A DNA stretch of 63,910 nt, counting the filler, from Octopus bimaculoides (Eukaryota): NCBI RefSeq assembly GCF_001194135.2. It is 6 parts of 5 records of this genome, joined end to end, with 100 filler letters (N's around TTAATTAATTAA, not from the genome) between each part and the next. Parts side by side here need not be neighbours in the genome. Positions count along the whole stretch, not along the records: positions 28,987 to 48,138 come from NC_069001.1; positions 48,239 to 59,098 come from NC_069006.1; 4 more parts are not named here. One strand, given 5' to 3'. Positions 36,551 to 49,472 of this stretch are shown piece after piece. The notes under the pieces are model-generated. The model made no database searches and was not told the DNA's origin. It saw nothing but the letters and a program-made list of their open reading frames with translations. Within the stretch, counting starts at the first letter, position 1, and every line of letters starts with the position of its first letter. Made by a program: the position numbers and the translations under genes.

Positions 36551-38729
36551 ACACTAGCTACATCTACCAACACCACCAACTCGACACTTTACTACCTTAA
36601 TGATGTAATCTTTTGAAGTCTTATAACCACGAAGATCAGAAATAGAAAAAGCAGAAAGCTGTACCTGATGAAGGAAAAAAAGAGAAAGCTGCATTAATGT
36701 TGAAATATTTCAAGATAATCTCGGAATAAACTGACAAGTATGACAAGGAAACCTTGGAAATTTATCACGACATAGTTCTTTGAAAGATTCCCTCCACCTG
36801 CTGCTCCCAAAAGATATTGAAAGACTCTTTACTCAAATTACAAATCAAATCAAATTTATCTAAATTCTAGTTAAAGCCATGAAACAAGGAAATTCTACAT
36901 TTTTAGAAATTACTTCTTTTTTTTTTTCTCTTCCCTTTCTTTATGTATCCGTGAATTTGTGTGTGTGCGTGTGTGTATCAATATATTTGTGTGTGTGTGT
37001 GCAGGAGCATGTGTTTGTATCAGAGTGTGTGTGTTGTGGTTTCTGTGTGTGCACATGCATGTGTGATTGTGTATATGTTTGTATGTGAGAGTGTGCAAGT
37101 TTGTGTGTGTGTGTGCAAGCACGCATGTGTGAGAATGTCTGTNNNNNNNNNNNNNNNNNNNNNNNNNNNNNNNNNNNNNNNNNNNNNNNNNNNNNNNNNN
37201 NNNNNNNNNNNNNNNNNNNNNNNNNNNNNNNNNNNNNNNNNNNNNNNNNNNNNNNNNNNNNNNNNNNNNNNNNNNNNNNNNNNNNNNNNNNNNNNNNNNN
37301 NNNNNNNNNNNNNNNNNNNNNNNNNNNNNNNNNNNNNNNNNNNNNNNNNNNNNNNNATTTTTGTTTGCAAATAAAAAAAAACTAATAATAATAATAATAA
37401 TAATAATGATAAAAATTATTTTTTTATTTTATTTATTAAAAATAATTTCTTTACTTTTTACCTTTCAGAAAACTGCTAAACACAGGTTTTCATCTTGAAT
37501 TACACACCGAATTAGGATTTTAAAATTACAATAGTAACACAAAATTATACATACATATTTCACTATATACTGTTGGCGGCACTCCGTCGCTTACGACGTC
37601 GAGGGTTCCAGTTGATCCGATCAACGGAACAGCCTGCTCGTGAAATTAACATGCAAGTGACTGAGCACTCCACAGACACGTGTACCTTTAACGTAGTTCT
37701 CGGGGATATTCAGCGTGACACACTGTAAATCTTAAAGTCACTGTTTTTGTAATTTTTCATTGAAATATCCCCCTCAGCAGCAAACCAAAGAAAGAAAATA
37801 AGTCATTTATTACTATTATTATTATTTGAAATGGAGGTATATGGCCTAATGGTTAGAGTAGCAGACTCGCAGTCGAGGGATCGTGGGTTGAAATCTCAGA
37901 CTGGGCAATGTGTGTGTTTATGAGTGAAAAAGCTAAACAGCTCCACCTTTCAATAAACTCACTCAAGGACAACGCTTCTCTCTCCACTCTCAATTTCCTT
38001 GTCAATGAGAGCTCTACCAAAGAGGTAAGTGTCTGTCCTCATGCCTTTCAAATAGCAATGTTGTTGTTGTTGTTTGTTCCTTCTTGAGCCATGCCTTGCT
38101 CACAAGGGCCGGTTTCCTGGTTTCATTGGTGCATAGATTCCACACCTGGACAGGTGAGCTGCTAGATGCAGGACGAAAGAGTGAGAGGAAGTTACTGCAA
38201 AAGAGCAGTTTTTTACATGGCACCAACATGAGTGCCTTTATGTGGCACCAGCATGGGTGCCGTTGTGTGGCACCAGCATGGGTCCTTTTCCCACTGTAGA
38301 TAAATAAGCATCAGGGTAATTTTATTTAGAAAGAATTCTATTTCAAAATGTTGCAGTAAACTTGTGAACTTTCTATGCAGTATAAGGTGGTTAATTATTT
38401 ACATACATACATACATATATATATACACAAACATACATATATACACACACATACACATATGTACACACACGTATACATATATACACATACATACACATAT
38501 ATTGCCCCTTGTGGGCAATAAAAATAAATCACACATACATATGTATATATATATACACACACACACACATATATATACACACTCACACAATCATATACAC
38601 ACATATTTGTATTGGTTTATATACACACACATATACATATATACACACACATGCATATTTATTGCCCCTTGTGAGCAATAAAAAAAAAATCACACATACA
38701 TATATACACACACATATACACATACATAT

Positions 38730-38764
<35 letters not shown>

Positions 38765-39048
38765 CACACTCACACAATCATATACACACATATTTGTATT
38801 ATTGATTTGTGGGGAGGGTGTTTTATATATATTATAAATGTATTTATGTATTAAATATATGTATGTACTAAATATGTGCATGTGCATATGTGCCTGTATA
38901 TATACATATGTGTATAAATGAAAGCATACACAAGTATATACAAGAGCTCATATAATGTACAATAAGTATATAACTACATTATACTACATAGTAAGTTTAG
39001 TGTAACATTTCAAAATAGCATAATTCCTAAATAAGATTTTATTATATA

Positions 39049-39122
<74 letters not shown>

Positions 39123-39507
39123 ACATATATATGATGTGTGTGTGTGTATCTACAAGTAACAATGTATGTATTTATGTATGCATACATCTATGTATGGACT
39201 TACATGTTTATAGAATGAAAAAACTAATAATCTATATGTTCGCAAATTGAAAACTATATTTAAGATGAGTTGATAATAACCAATTAATAACGTCCCCCGA
39301 GTCTGTAATGCCAGCCATTTTCTCATATATTTACTACAGAATTACACTTTGGTTTATATATTTTATGTCTAGAAAGTTCAATTGTCAAATATTTAACTGT
39401 TTTCTTATCATGGGGTTCAGAAAAGTTTCTAATACAAGCAGCTTGGGTGGATGGATACCCCCACACATATATGCACAATATGAAGGAAGCTTATGTGTGC
39501 GTACGTG

Positions 39508-39782
39508 TCGGCACTCCGTCGCTTAAGACATCAAGGTTTCCAGTTGATCCGATCAACGGAACAGCCTGCTCGTGAAATTAACGTGCAAGTGGCTGAGCAC
39601 TCCACAGACACGTGTACCCTCAAAGTAGTTCTCGGGGATATTCAGCGTGACAAAGCTGACCCTTTGAATTACAGGCACAACAGAAACAGGAAGTAAGAGT
39701 GAAAAAGTACAGCAGGGTTCTCCACCATCCCCTGCCGGAGCCTCGTGGAGCTTTTAGGTGTTTTCGCTCAATAAACACTCAC
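39508..39782 (-). mobile_element. SINE family D
   Basis: GGCACTCCGTCGCTTA...GCCTGCTCGTGAAATTAAC core repeated at ~15168-15470 (with tRNA-like head on minus) and ~37573-37725. Confidence 0.7.
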
Positions 39783-40379
39783 NNNNNNNNNNNNNNNNNN
39801 NNNNNNNNNNNNNNNNNNNNNNNNNNNNNNNNNNNNNNNNNNNNNNNNNNNNNNNNNNNNNNNNNNNNNNNNNNNNNNNNNNNNNNNNNNNNNNNNNNNN
39901 NNNNNNNNNNNNNNNNNNNNNNNNNNNNNNNNNNNNNNNNNNNNNNNNNNNNNNNNNNNNNNNNNNNNNNNNNNNNNNNNNNNNNNNNNNNNNNNNNNNN
40001 NNNNNNNNNNNNNNNNNNNNNNNNNNNNNNNNNNNNNNNNNNNNNNNNNNNNNNNNNNNNNNNNNNNNNNNNNNNNNNNNNNNNNNNNNNNNNNNNNNNN
40101 NNNNNNNNNNNNNNNNNNNNNNAACCATCGAACACCAACTATAAACTGCAAGTGAAATTTATGCTTTTCTGTTGAATATATTGCTCTTAAAGATTGTTTT
40201 AGCTAATTACATATATATATATACACCAGTCAGATTCATTTCGAATTTTGTGAAATATAATAGCAAATTGGAGTTTAGTTATCTGTTATTGAGTGAGCTC
40301 TTAATTACCATGGATTTATTCTTTTATATTTATAAATTAATTGTCTATATGGAGGTGTATGTGTGTGCATATGCTTTCT

Positions 40380-40485
<106 letters not shown>

Positions 40486-40664
40486 CCAGGCACATATACA
40501 GACACACAAACAAACATTACACATATGCATGCACAGACACATACACACACAAACATTACAGACATGCGTGCATGTGCAAACACGCATGTACACACATATA
40601 TACATACAGGTGTATATACATAGACACATATATACTCATATACATATTCATACATATTATGTGC

Positions 40665-40719
<55 letters not shown>

Positions 40720-41439
40720 NNNNNNNNNNNNNNNNNNNNNNNNNNNNNNNNNNNNNNNNNNNNNNNNNNNNNNNNNNNNNNNNNNNNNNNNNNNNNNNNN
40801 NNNNNNNNNNNNNNNNNNNNNNNNNNNNNNNNNNNNNNNNNNNNNNNNNNNNNNNNNNNNNNNNNNNNNNNNNNNNNNNNNNNNNNNNNNNNNNNNNNNN
40901 NNNNNNNNNNNNNNNNNNNNNNNNNNNNNNNNNNNNNNNNNNNNNNNNNNNNNNNNNNNNNNNNNNNNNNNNNNNNNNNNNNNNNNNNNNNNNNNNNNNN
41001 NNNNNNNNNNNNNNNNNNNNNNNNNNCACACATACACACACATACACACACACACACACACACATACACACACATACACACACACACACACACACATGCA
41101 TTAAGTGGCAGCCGTACCAATTTCTAAATATTTTCCGTTCTATGAACTTAAAACAGCAGACAATTCTTCAAATTATAAAATTCATTTGATTTCTTTTTTT
41201 TTTTTCTTTCTTAAAAACCTTTCATCTTTCACATATCGTGCCTGGCTTTCATCTTATACTTTCCTTCCTTTCGTCTTATTCAACTAATCAAACTGTGCTC
41301 CAATATGGAGCACTGCTGCTCCAATATGGCCAAAACCGGTCTGTTATTTTGATGGACAATATTTTAGATGTGATATGTTTTTTGCATCTTTTTTTACATA
41401 CTTCGTAGACATGTAAAATAAATTTATGTGGTCAACTGT

Positions 41440-41982
41440 AGAATAGAAACTGACCACATGATATCCAAGGGAACTGTAAGATTCTTCCATGGTCAGCTAT
41501 ATCATAGAAAGTGACCACAGGGTGACCAGACGTGCCATTAGAATGTTCCACAGTCAGCTGTATCATATTTGACCATGGAAGTAGAAGACTCTTCTATGGT
41601 CAGATGTGTCATAGAAGCTGACACATAATGACCAGTGGAACCATAAGATTTGTCTATAGTCAGCTGCATGAAAGGAACTGACCCTATGGTGACCAGAAGA
41701 GCCAGAAAACTTCCATGGTCAGCTGTATAATAGAAACTGATCTCATGGTGACCAGAAGAAGCTAAAAAATTGTTCCATGGTCAGCTGTATTATAAAAGCT
41801 GACCTCATGATGACCAATAGAACTTAAAATTTGTCTATAGTCAGCTGCATGAAAGAAATTGACCCTATGGTGACCAGAAGAGCCAGAAGACTTCCATGGT
41901 CAGCTGTATAATAGAAACTGACCAGAAGAAGCTAAAAACTGTTCCATGGTCAGCTGTATTATAAAAGCTGTGGTCAACTGTG
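41440..41982. repeat. ~60-bp tandem repeat (~9 units) with a 181-bp higher-order duplication
   Basis: Unit starts at 41451, 41512, 41570, 41619, 41679, 41738, 41800, 41860 and 41919; 41679-41859 is repeated from 41860. Confidence 0.88.
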
Positions 41983-42735
41983 TACAAATGTATGTGTATA
42001 AATTCATTTGCCAAAATATTTAAAATCCACCTTGCCACATCCCATAATTTCAATATCCTGCTTCAGGTGAGGAGATGCAATTTAATCCACAGCTGGGGTC
42101 CTGGCAGGTGATACTACTTTGGGCCAGAGTATACCTGGGAAGAATAGTAGCTAAAAAGTGGTTCCACACTCCTCAAAACTCTGAAACTACCAAACCATGG
42201 CCCCATGACCAGATGCAGTTTATAATCAGAACCAGATATGCTAAATTAAGGAATTTTAATAACTAAGGAGTTCCAATATATACTATCTACAGATGGTCTG
42301 AGAAAGATGAGTCAGAAATCATGGGATGTGTTATGTGTGTTTGAGAGAGAAAGCAAGAGAAAGAATGAAAGTGAGGCAGAGAGAGAAGAGAAAAACTGAA
42401 GAAAGAGAGAGAGAAAGATGAGAGAAAAAAGTGTTTGACATCATAAACAGACATTTCTGTACATTCCTCTAACACTCCTACTCTACTATCACTCCATTGC
42501 AACTATCAGTGTTTCAACATCTCTCTCTCCTTGAATCTTCACTGCTTCATCAACGACGTTCGTCAGAAGCAGAATTTTTCTTCCTGAATTATTCCTGGAT
42601 TATTTAGGATTTGTGTGTAAATTTGGGAAAAAAGATATATAGACAAATGCCAACATTGCTTCAAGAAAAATAAACATCGATATTCAATATAGGACATATA
42701 CATAGAAAAAAACCAACATACATATATCCATATGT

Positions 42736-42815
<80 letters not shown>

Positions 42816-42943
42816 CTCATAGAATGCTATACAAAGCTCATTCACAGTTATTGACTACCTGATGTCATCATACAGTGGAAATGATTTTGCTATAGGACAT
42901 ACAACAGGGATTACATAACATCCACAAAGTTCCTATCATTTAC

Positions 42944-42984
<41 letters not shown>

Positions 42985-43236
42985 TACATACACACATGTA
43001 TATACATATAAATATATGTGTGTGTATGTGACTGTGTGTGTGTGTATATATATATATATTTATAGATATGTTTTTATGAATAAATTTGTTATCATTTGAA
43101 TAATCCCTCAATATAAGTTATTTGTTCGGAACAAACCAATACCAGTAACAACAACAATAACAATTACAAAACCAAATCTATTGGAACAATATCCATGTCT
43201 TCCTTGTAGTGGGGGGGGGGGGCACTTAATATTTAG

Positions 43237-43792
43237 ACCTTTAGTATTCAGATTACTCTGTCAAATGTAATGCTCATTTATTTACCTCCGCCTTTCAGTC
43301 GTTTGTTTGTCCATGGACAAGATATCTCAAGAACCACTGGATGGATTCAGATGAAACTTTCAGGGATGTTTGGCCTTGTAACTGGCACAAACTGATTAAA
43401 TTTTGGGATCGATCCGGTACTGGACAAGGATTTCTGGATTATTTTTCTGTTTTTTTTTATTTAATTTTTGAGAGCAGTCGGGTTCATTTTTAACATTCTC
43501 ATCTGTGAGAGCAGTTGAGTTTATTTCAGATATTAACATTTTAAAAATCATCTCCGGTTAATCGTTGAGAGGACGTTGGTGTTGCCTTGGCGGAGGTTTG
43601 CGCTCTCTGAGTGCTCTTGTTATTGTTTTAAATTATTCATGCATTAATTTGTAGCTTTGGGATTTTGATGATGTGCTTGTTTAGTTTAAGAATGGCATTG
43701 TAGGGCTGGTGTGAGAAGCTGGATCTGGCCAGTTTCAACATAAAACAGGTTAAATATTTTGCCTTGATATGACGGTTTGAATGCTAAAAGGT
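43237..43792. mobile_element. piggyBac-type MITE interrupted by a HINE
   Basis: Both halves match the 217-bp family; TTAA at 43793-43796. Confidence 0.8.
43282..43622 (+). mobile_element. Helentron-associated (HINE/DINE-1-like) non-autonomous element
   Basis: Subterminal inverted repeat TTACCTCCGCC (43282) / GGCGGAGGT (43589), short GTTT repeat after the 5' IR, 3' hairpin GCGCTC-TCT-GAGTGC (43600-43614), inserted in T-rich sequence. Confidence 0.7.
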
Positions 43793-44328
43793 TTAAAATC
43801 TGAAATATTTGGAACCATAGAATTCCTTGTAATAAAAGATGTGATGACATGTTTAGAAATATTGGTATTCAGTTGTTCTCAGATCATTGGTCTGTTCCTA
43901 GACACCCACAATGATACAACAGTAATGACAACAATAGCAGCAACAATTTACAACATTAGCACCAAGAACACCAATAACATCAATAAACAATTACGACAAA
44001 CGTGCAACAACAACAACAACACCGAACAAAAGCACATGCGGAATATGTCAGAATACCTACAGAAGATTTTCCGTAACAAAGTTTGACCACGACCAGGCTC
44101 AAAGTCTAGACTCTTGCTCAACTCTGAAAGAAAATCAAGATTAAAGAACTTGAAATACAGAAAGATTTTCAACTTTATGTATTGACCATAACGGAAACTT
44201 TGGAAACTGAACTTGGCTTATATTAAGGGCAACTGGCTTTGGATATATTTGGGGGAATTGACCCTGGAAATTATGTCAGGAATTGCTTTTGGTTATATTT
44301 GGAGGAGCATCCTCAGACAGATCTAGAA

Positions 44329-44603
44329 CAATGGTTCTCAACCATTTTTTAACCACTAGACCCCTTTGAGTCCTATTTTTCTTTTTTTTTTATTATTCAG
44401 ATGGACCCTCATAGCCATTCAATGTTTAAAAAGGTCCTATCATGTTTCTGTAATTAAATGTTATTATGGATTATATAAAAAAAAAAAAATTAAAATATTT
44501 TGTGTGTTGTAGAAGTACAACCAGTTAATTGCATAGAAATTTTAACATCATAATATTTTATGGACCTTCCAAGGGTCATAGAGACCTTGGTTAAGAACTA
44601 CTG
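44329..44603. mobile_element. hAT/Charlie-type MITE
   Basis: TIRs CAATGGTTCTCAACC / GGTTAAGAACTACTG; 8-bp TSD atctagaa / atttagag, close to the Charlie nTCTAGAn preference. Confidence 0.75.
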
Positions 44604-45128
44604 ATTTAGAGGAACTAATCTTGGTTATATTTGGGGAGCTGACTCTGGAAATTATTAAGGGGAAACTTAAGGAATTTATATAGGGAGCTGAGAGTTTGGA
44701 AATGTTTTTTCATTGCTACAAACATACATAATATATGTTCATGTGTTTTCTGAGAAATTATTTAAATATTCTCTTTTACTTCTTTTGTGGAATGCAAGCC
44801 AGTCACTAACAAAAGAGCAAGGGCCTTTTGTTTGAATCAAGATAGCTTCTGGAGGTTTGTGGTTATCTGAATTGCTTCATGTGTGCATCCAAGTGTGTGT
44901 GCATGCGTGTGCTTATGCATGCATGAATGTGCATAAAATATTGACATTTCTATAGTGTTGCTTGAGCAAAATAGTGAATGATGTTTATGATTTCAAAAGC
45001 CTATGGAGTAAGGACAAATACCTTATTTGAACAGAACATAAGTTTGGTGACAGGGGAAAAAAAATCTGGTCATGAAATGCTACCCTGTCCCCATTCAGCC
45101 CTTGTTAGCATGGAAAAATGGGTTTTAA

Positions 45129-45336
45129 GCGTTTAGCATTTAGATTAATGTCAAATGTAATCCTTATTTATTCACATCATTATCAGTTAATCAGGCATTA
45201 TCTGGTGGCTTTGAGATTTGAAGGATGTAATTGTGTAATTCTCGCATGACATTGTAGGGTAGATGTGAGAGGCAAGATCAGGGCAATTCAAATATTAAAC
45301 AGGTCAGATATTTGGGCCAGCTTAAATGCTAAAGGG
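45129..45336. mobile_element. Degenerate piggyBac-type MITE
   Basis: TTAA left flank, AATGCTAAAGGG right TIR, internal similarity to 21390-21606. Confidence 0.75.
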
Positions 45337-45469
45337 TTCAATGAATGAATGAATGAATATATATANNNNNNNNNNNNNNNNNNNNNNNNNNNNNNNNNNN
45401 NNNNNNNNNNNNNNNNNNNNNNNNNNNNNNNNNNNNNNNNNNNNNNNNNNNNNNNNNNNNNNNNNNNNN

Positions 45470-45511
<42 letters not shown>

Positions 45512-48500
45512 CTGGCTTTAAGGAGTGATGGTCACATCATTAGATCCTATTTAGTGATAATGATTGAGGATGGAAGTTAATAAATAGTTTGTAGGGTGAG
45601 AAACAAAGAAGAACCTAATAAATTAAAATCTTATCTTAAACAAAATTTATAATTACAAAATTATATAAAATGAAGATGAATAACGGAATGCATAATGTCC
45701 ATGTAATGATATACCCATGGTGTAGAAGTATTAATCTATATACATATAAATACATACAATACCAACATACCTGAAAGATTAATAAACACATCACACATAC
45801 ACACACATGTAAACATATATACTATACACATACACACAATATCAACACACCTGAAAGTTGTTTGAGACAAATATATTGACCATATACATAGATATAGTAA
45901 ACGCACCTGAAAGATATGTCAGATTAATGTACGTGTGAATACACACTCACACATATACATACGTAAGTAAGTACATACATACACACACACACACACGTGT
46001 ACATGCATTGGGCAATGAGTACAAAGAAGACAATGTGGATGGGATATGCCTTGACAAATGCTGTATTAATTTAATGCTTAAAAAGAAAAGAAAGACTCTT
46101 AATGTTTTGGGTGATAGTCCTTCATCAGGAAAAAAAGAATTATGATAATGAGAAGAATTGATGAGAAAACTAAGAATAAAGAGATAAAATAACTGCTGAA
46201 TTAGCATTTTAGGAGAATTAATGGCCCACAAGACCACTTCTCTTGTACACAAGCTAACAATATATACATATGTGTATATATTCATAAATTGATGTATGCA
46301 TATATNNNNNNNNNNNNNNNNNNNNNNNNNNNNNNNNNNNNNNATATACACATGCTACCAAATATGTTTAAGCATAGGAAAACAAACACAAAACTGATAT
46401 ATGTATATACACACACATATATATAAATGTATTAATTGTTCAAATATATACATATAGATGTGTATGTATGTATTTTTATACACCCAGTTAAGTGATGAAT
46501 TGACTGCATCAATAAACAAGACAAACATACAAATATGAAATTATCAACATCCATTAAATATATACTGCCAGGCATTTTTAGAAAGGTCTCTGCATTCTAA
46601 ACTTTAGAAACTAATCAATTTTTAATTAAAATCTCAAATTTATCAAACTTATTTTAACTAAATTGAATTTATATCTTTTTGTTTTTTTTGTTTTTAGGTT
46701 TCCCTGTATGTCATATATATTCATATATATATATATATATATACACATACATATATATATATATACATATATACATACACATACATATGTACATACACAC
46801 ATATATATATACACAAATACACATACACACACACATATATATATGGGACCCCCTCTGTGTTGGTCCCTTGTGAGCAATAAATAAATCACACATATATATG
46901 GGAAAAATAAGGATAAACAGAAGTTTCTGTTAAAGTCCCTATGTATGTTTGTTTCACCATTTTGGCTGTTTGGAGCCCTGTGTTTGTTCTTACTTTGCCA
47001 ACAATTGCTCTGTAGTCTCATAACTGATATTACCACTCAGCATAGAGATTACCTAACTATACTGGAACCAGGCTGGATTAGGATGATCTATTTGAAACTC
47101 TAAAATGCATCAAGATAAGCATAACCACTGTTATCGAAACATCTAGGCATGTCCTTTACAGGTCCCATATAAAATGCACTCATGCCAGTGCTGTGTGTAT
47201 ATATATCAATGTCTGCATGTGTATGTGTTTGTGTTAGTGTTTGTATTTGTCTTCCTCCTCCCCACTCCGCTTGACAACTGGTGTTGGTTTGTTTACGCCT
47301 TCTGTAACTTCACAATTCAGCAAAGGAGAATGATAAAATAAATATCAGACTCTAAAAAAAAAGATAAGTACTGGGACCAGTGCAATGCTCACACATGGCC
47401 ACAGTCCAATGAGTGGAACAGATGAAAGATAAGAGAGAAGACAGACAAGATATTCTAAAAGGAAAAATCTTCAAACTGTGTCCGTAATAGAGATAGCCTG
47501 GTCATCGCTTGACCAATGGTCAAACAATGAAATAGATACCAATACCATATAGATTGTGATCTTTGACAATCTTGTAATCAAAATTTTGGTCTGTAACTTC
47601 CTTTAGAAAATGGAAATTTTCATGTTTTTATTTCCTATAAACTTGAAGAACTAAAGTCTCAAAATTCAGCTTTTCTTTTCCGCTCATGGTTCTTACACAT
47701 GGCAAGATTTGAATCTAAATTGATAATGATATTTTGCGAGAAGGAAAATTAATCTTTGAGAAATCTGGAATAATCAGTTTGTGAGGATTAGACAGTTTAA
47801 AGAATACAGCTTTAGAAATTGGTTTAGTAAAGAGAAACTGTTATCTGCAGGCTTTGGAAAGAAAAGTGATCACAGCCAAAGGGAAGAACTATAATCAGCT
47901 GAAGCAAACCATTATATGACTGGTATATATATATATTTACTTACTTACTTGGAAACGGATGCATCGCATTCAATTAAATAATAAGATAAATAGATAGATA
48001 GATAAAATTCCTCTATTTACATAATATTGAGGTTTCATTCATTGTTTTGTTGTCATATTATTATTATTGATATATATATAATGTTATTTATTATTAATAT
48101 GTATATATATATAATATATTTATTATTATTATCATATANNNNNNNNNNNNNNNNNNNNNNNNNNNNNNNNNNNNNNNNNNNNTTAATTAATTAANNNNNN
48201 NNNNNNNNNNNNNNNNNNNNNNNNNNNNNNNNNNNNNNACTCTTAATCGTCTTCAAACTCTTTTGTATATTTAAGTCCACTTCACATCATCCAAGCTTTA
48301 AACCCTTTAAGGATCACGTCATTGCCTTTCAAGCGAATATCCGGTATAATTACCATTATAGCTACGCCCCGGTTTCTTTCATCTGTGCATCATCCCCCCC
48401 CCCACCTCTATTACCTGATTTTGTTTTCTCTTGTTCTTCTTCATAGCCTTTCATTGACTCCTTCACTCACTTCTAACACTAATTCTCCTTTGCTGTTTTC

Positions 48501-48695
48501 CTCTAAGTCTCCTGTCTATTACTTACTCTTTCACTCTATCCTACTACTAAATAACTACAAATATATACCTTGGGTGAGCGCCTTTTATAGCCCTTGGTCA
48601 ACCAAAACTGTGTAAGTGGATGTGCCAATTAAACGAGAAATGTATTTGTAAATTCTTTTATGTTTCTATTCTTTTACTTGGTTTATACATTTGAC

Positions 48696-48735
<40 letters not shown>

Positions 48736-48909
48736 CGTGTATGTGTGTGTGTATATGTTTGTGTGTGCACGCTTGTATATATANNNNNNNNNNTGTATAT
48801 GTGTGTATGTATATAAACACGCAAACCTACACACACACACACACGCACACACACACATACACTAACACTCGCATGCAAACATGTATGATTAGTTATTTTG
48901 AAAATCAGT

Positions 48910-48944
<35 letters not shown>

Positions 48945-49245
48945 AAAGAAAAGAAAAAAGAAAAGAAAGAAAAGCAGGAAGGAAGGAAGGAAGGAAGAGT
49001 GACAAAGAAAAGATACTGAGGGATAGAGAAAGATGTAGGAGATCGGGGAAGATAGAGACAAGTAGTGGTGGATAGGGAGAGTTTGTGAGAGAAAGAGAAC
49101 AAGAGTTAAATGGACAGAGAGAGAAAGAGAAAGAAAGAGAGAGAGAAAAAGATAGAGAGGGGGGAAACAGAGAGAGAAGGAGAGAGAGAAAAGAAGAACA
49201 AGATGGTGATGAATGCAAAAAACAGAAAAAATTCTGAAAACTTAC

Positions 49246-49472
49246 TTTCTAATGATAAAAGTATTGCTTAATGAAAGATAACGAACTCCGTGTAAAGTAC
49301 AGTTTTTCATGAACTCCGTCTGGTTGCTGAAGGATCGAATCCAGTTTGGTAAGTAATCGGTCTTTGACCCAGATTGTTTTGTATTGCAATTCCCTCTTTC
49401 GATGTTTCTAGATTCATTCGAATAACTTGATGATGTTGGAAAGGAAATAAAATCTATCTTCACGTCCGGCAT
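49246..49472 (-). CDS. DEG/ENaC/ASIC-family channel, first coding exon (cytoplasmic N-terminus up to TM1)
   Basis: ATG-initiated ORF ending ...QTEFMKNCTLHGVRYLSLSNTFIIR(K) at a strong phase-2 donor (AA|gtaagt). F-x3/4-TLHG-x2-Y followed by basic residues before TM1 is the conserved DEG/ENaC gating motif. Downstream exons were not found. Confidence 0.75.

Noticed and set aside
36660-36690. CTGATGA...GAAA as another hammerhead
   Set aside because: No stem II or stem I pairing; it is the reverse complement of a polypyrimidine acceptor.
38500-38800. ~160-190-bp direct duplication
   Set aside because: SINE tail plus microsatellite slippage; possibly an assembly overlap.
47460-47930. Unique-looking sequence as the missing DEG/ENaC or SLC30A9 exons
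   Set aside because: All frames examined close quickly and no family motifs were found.
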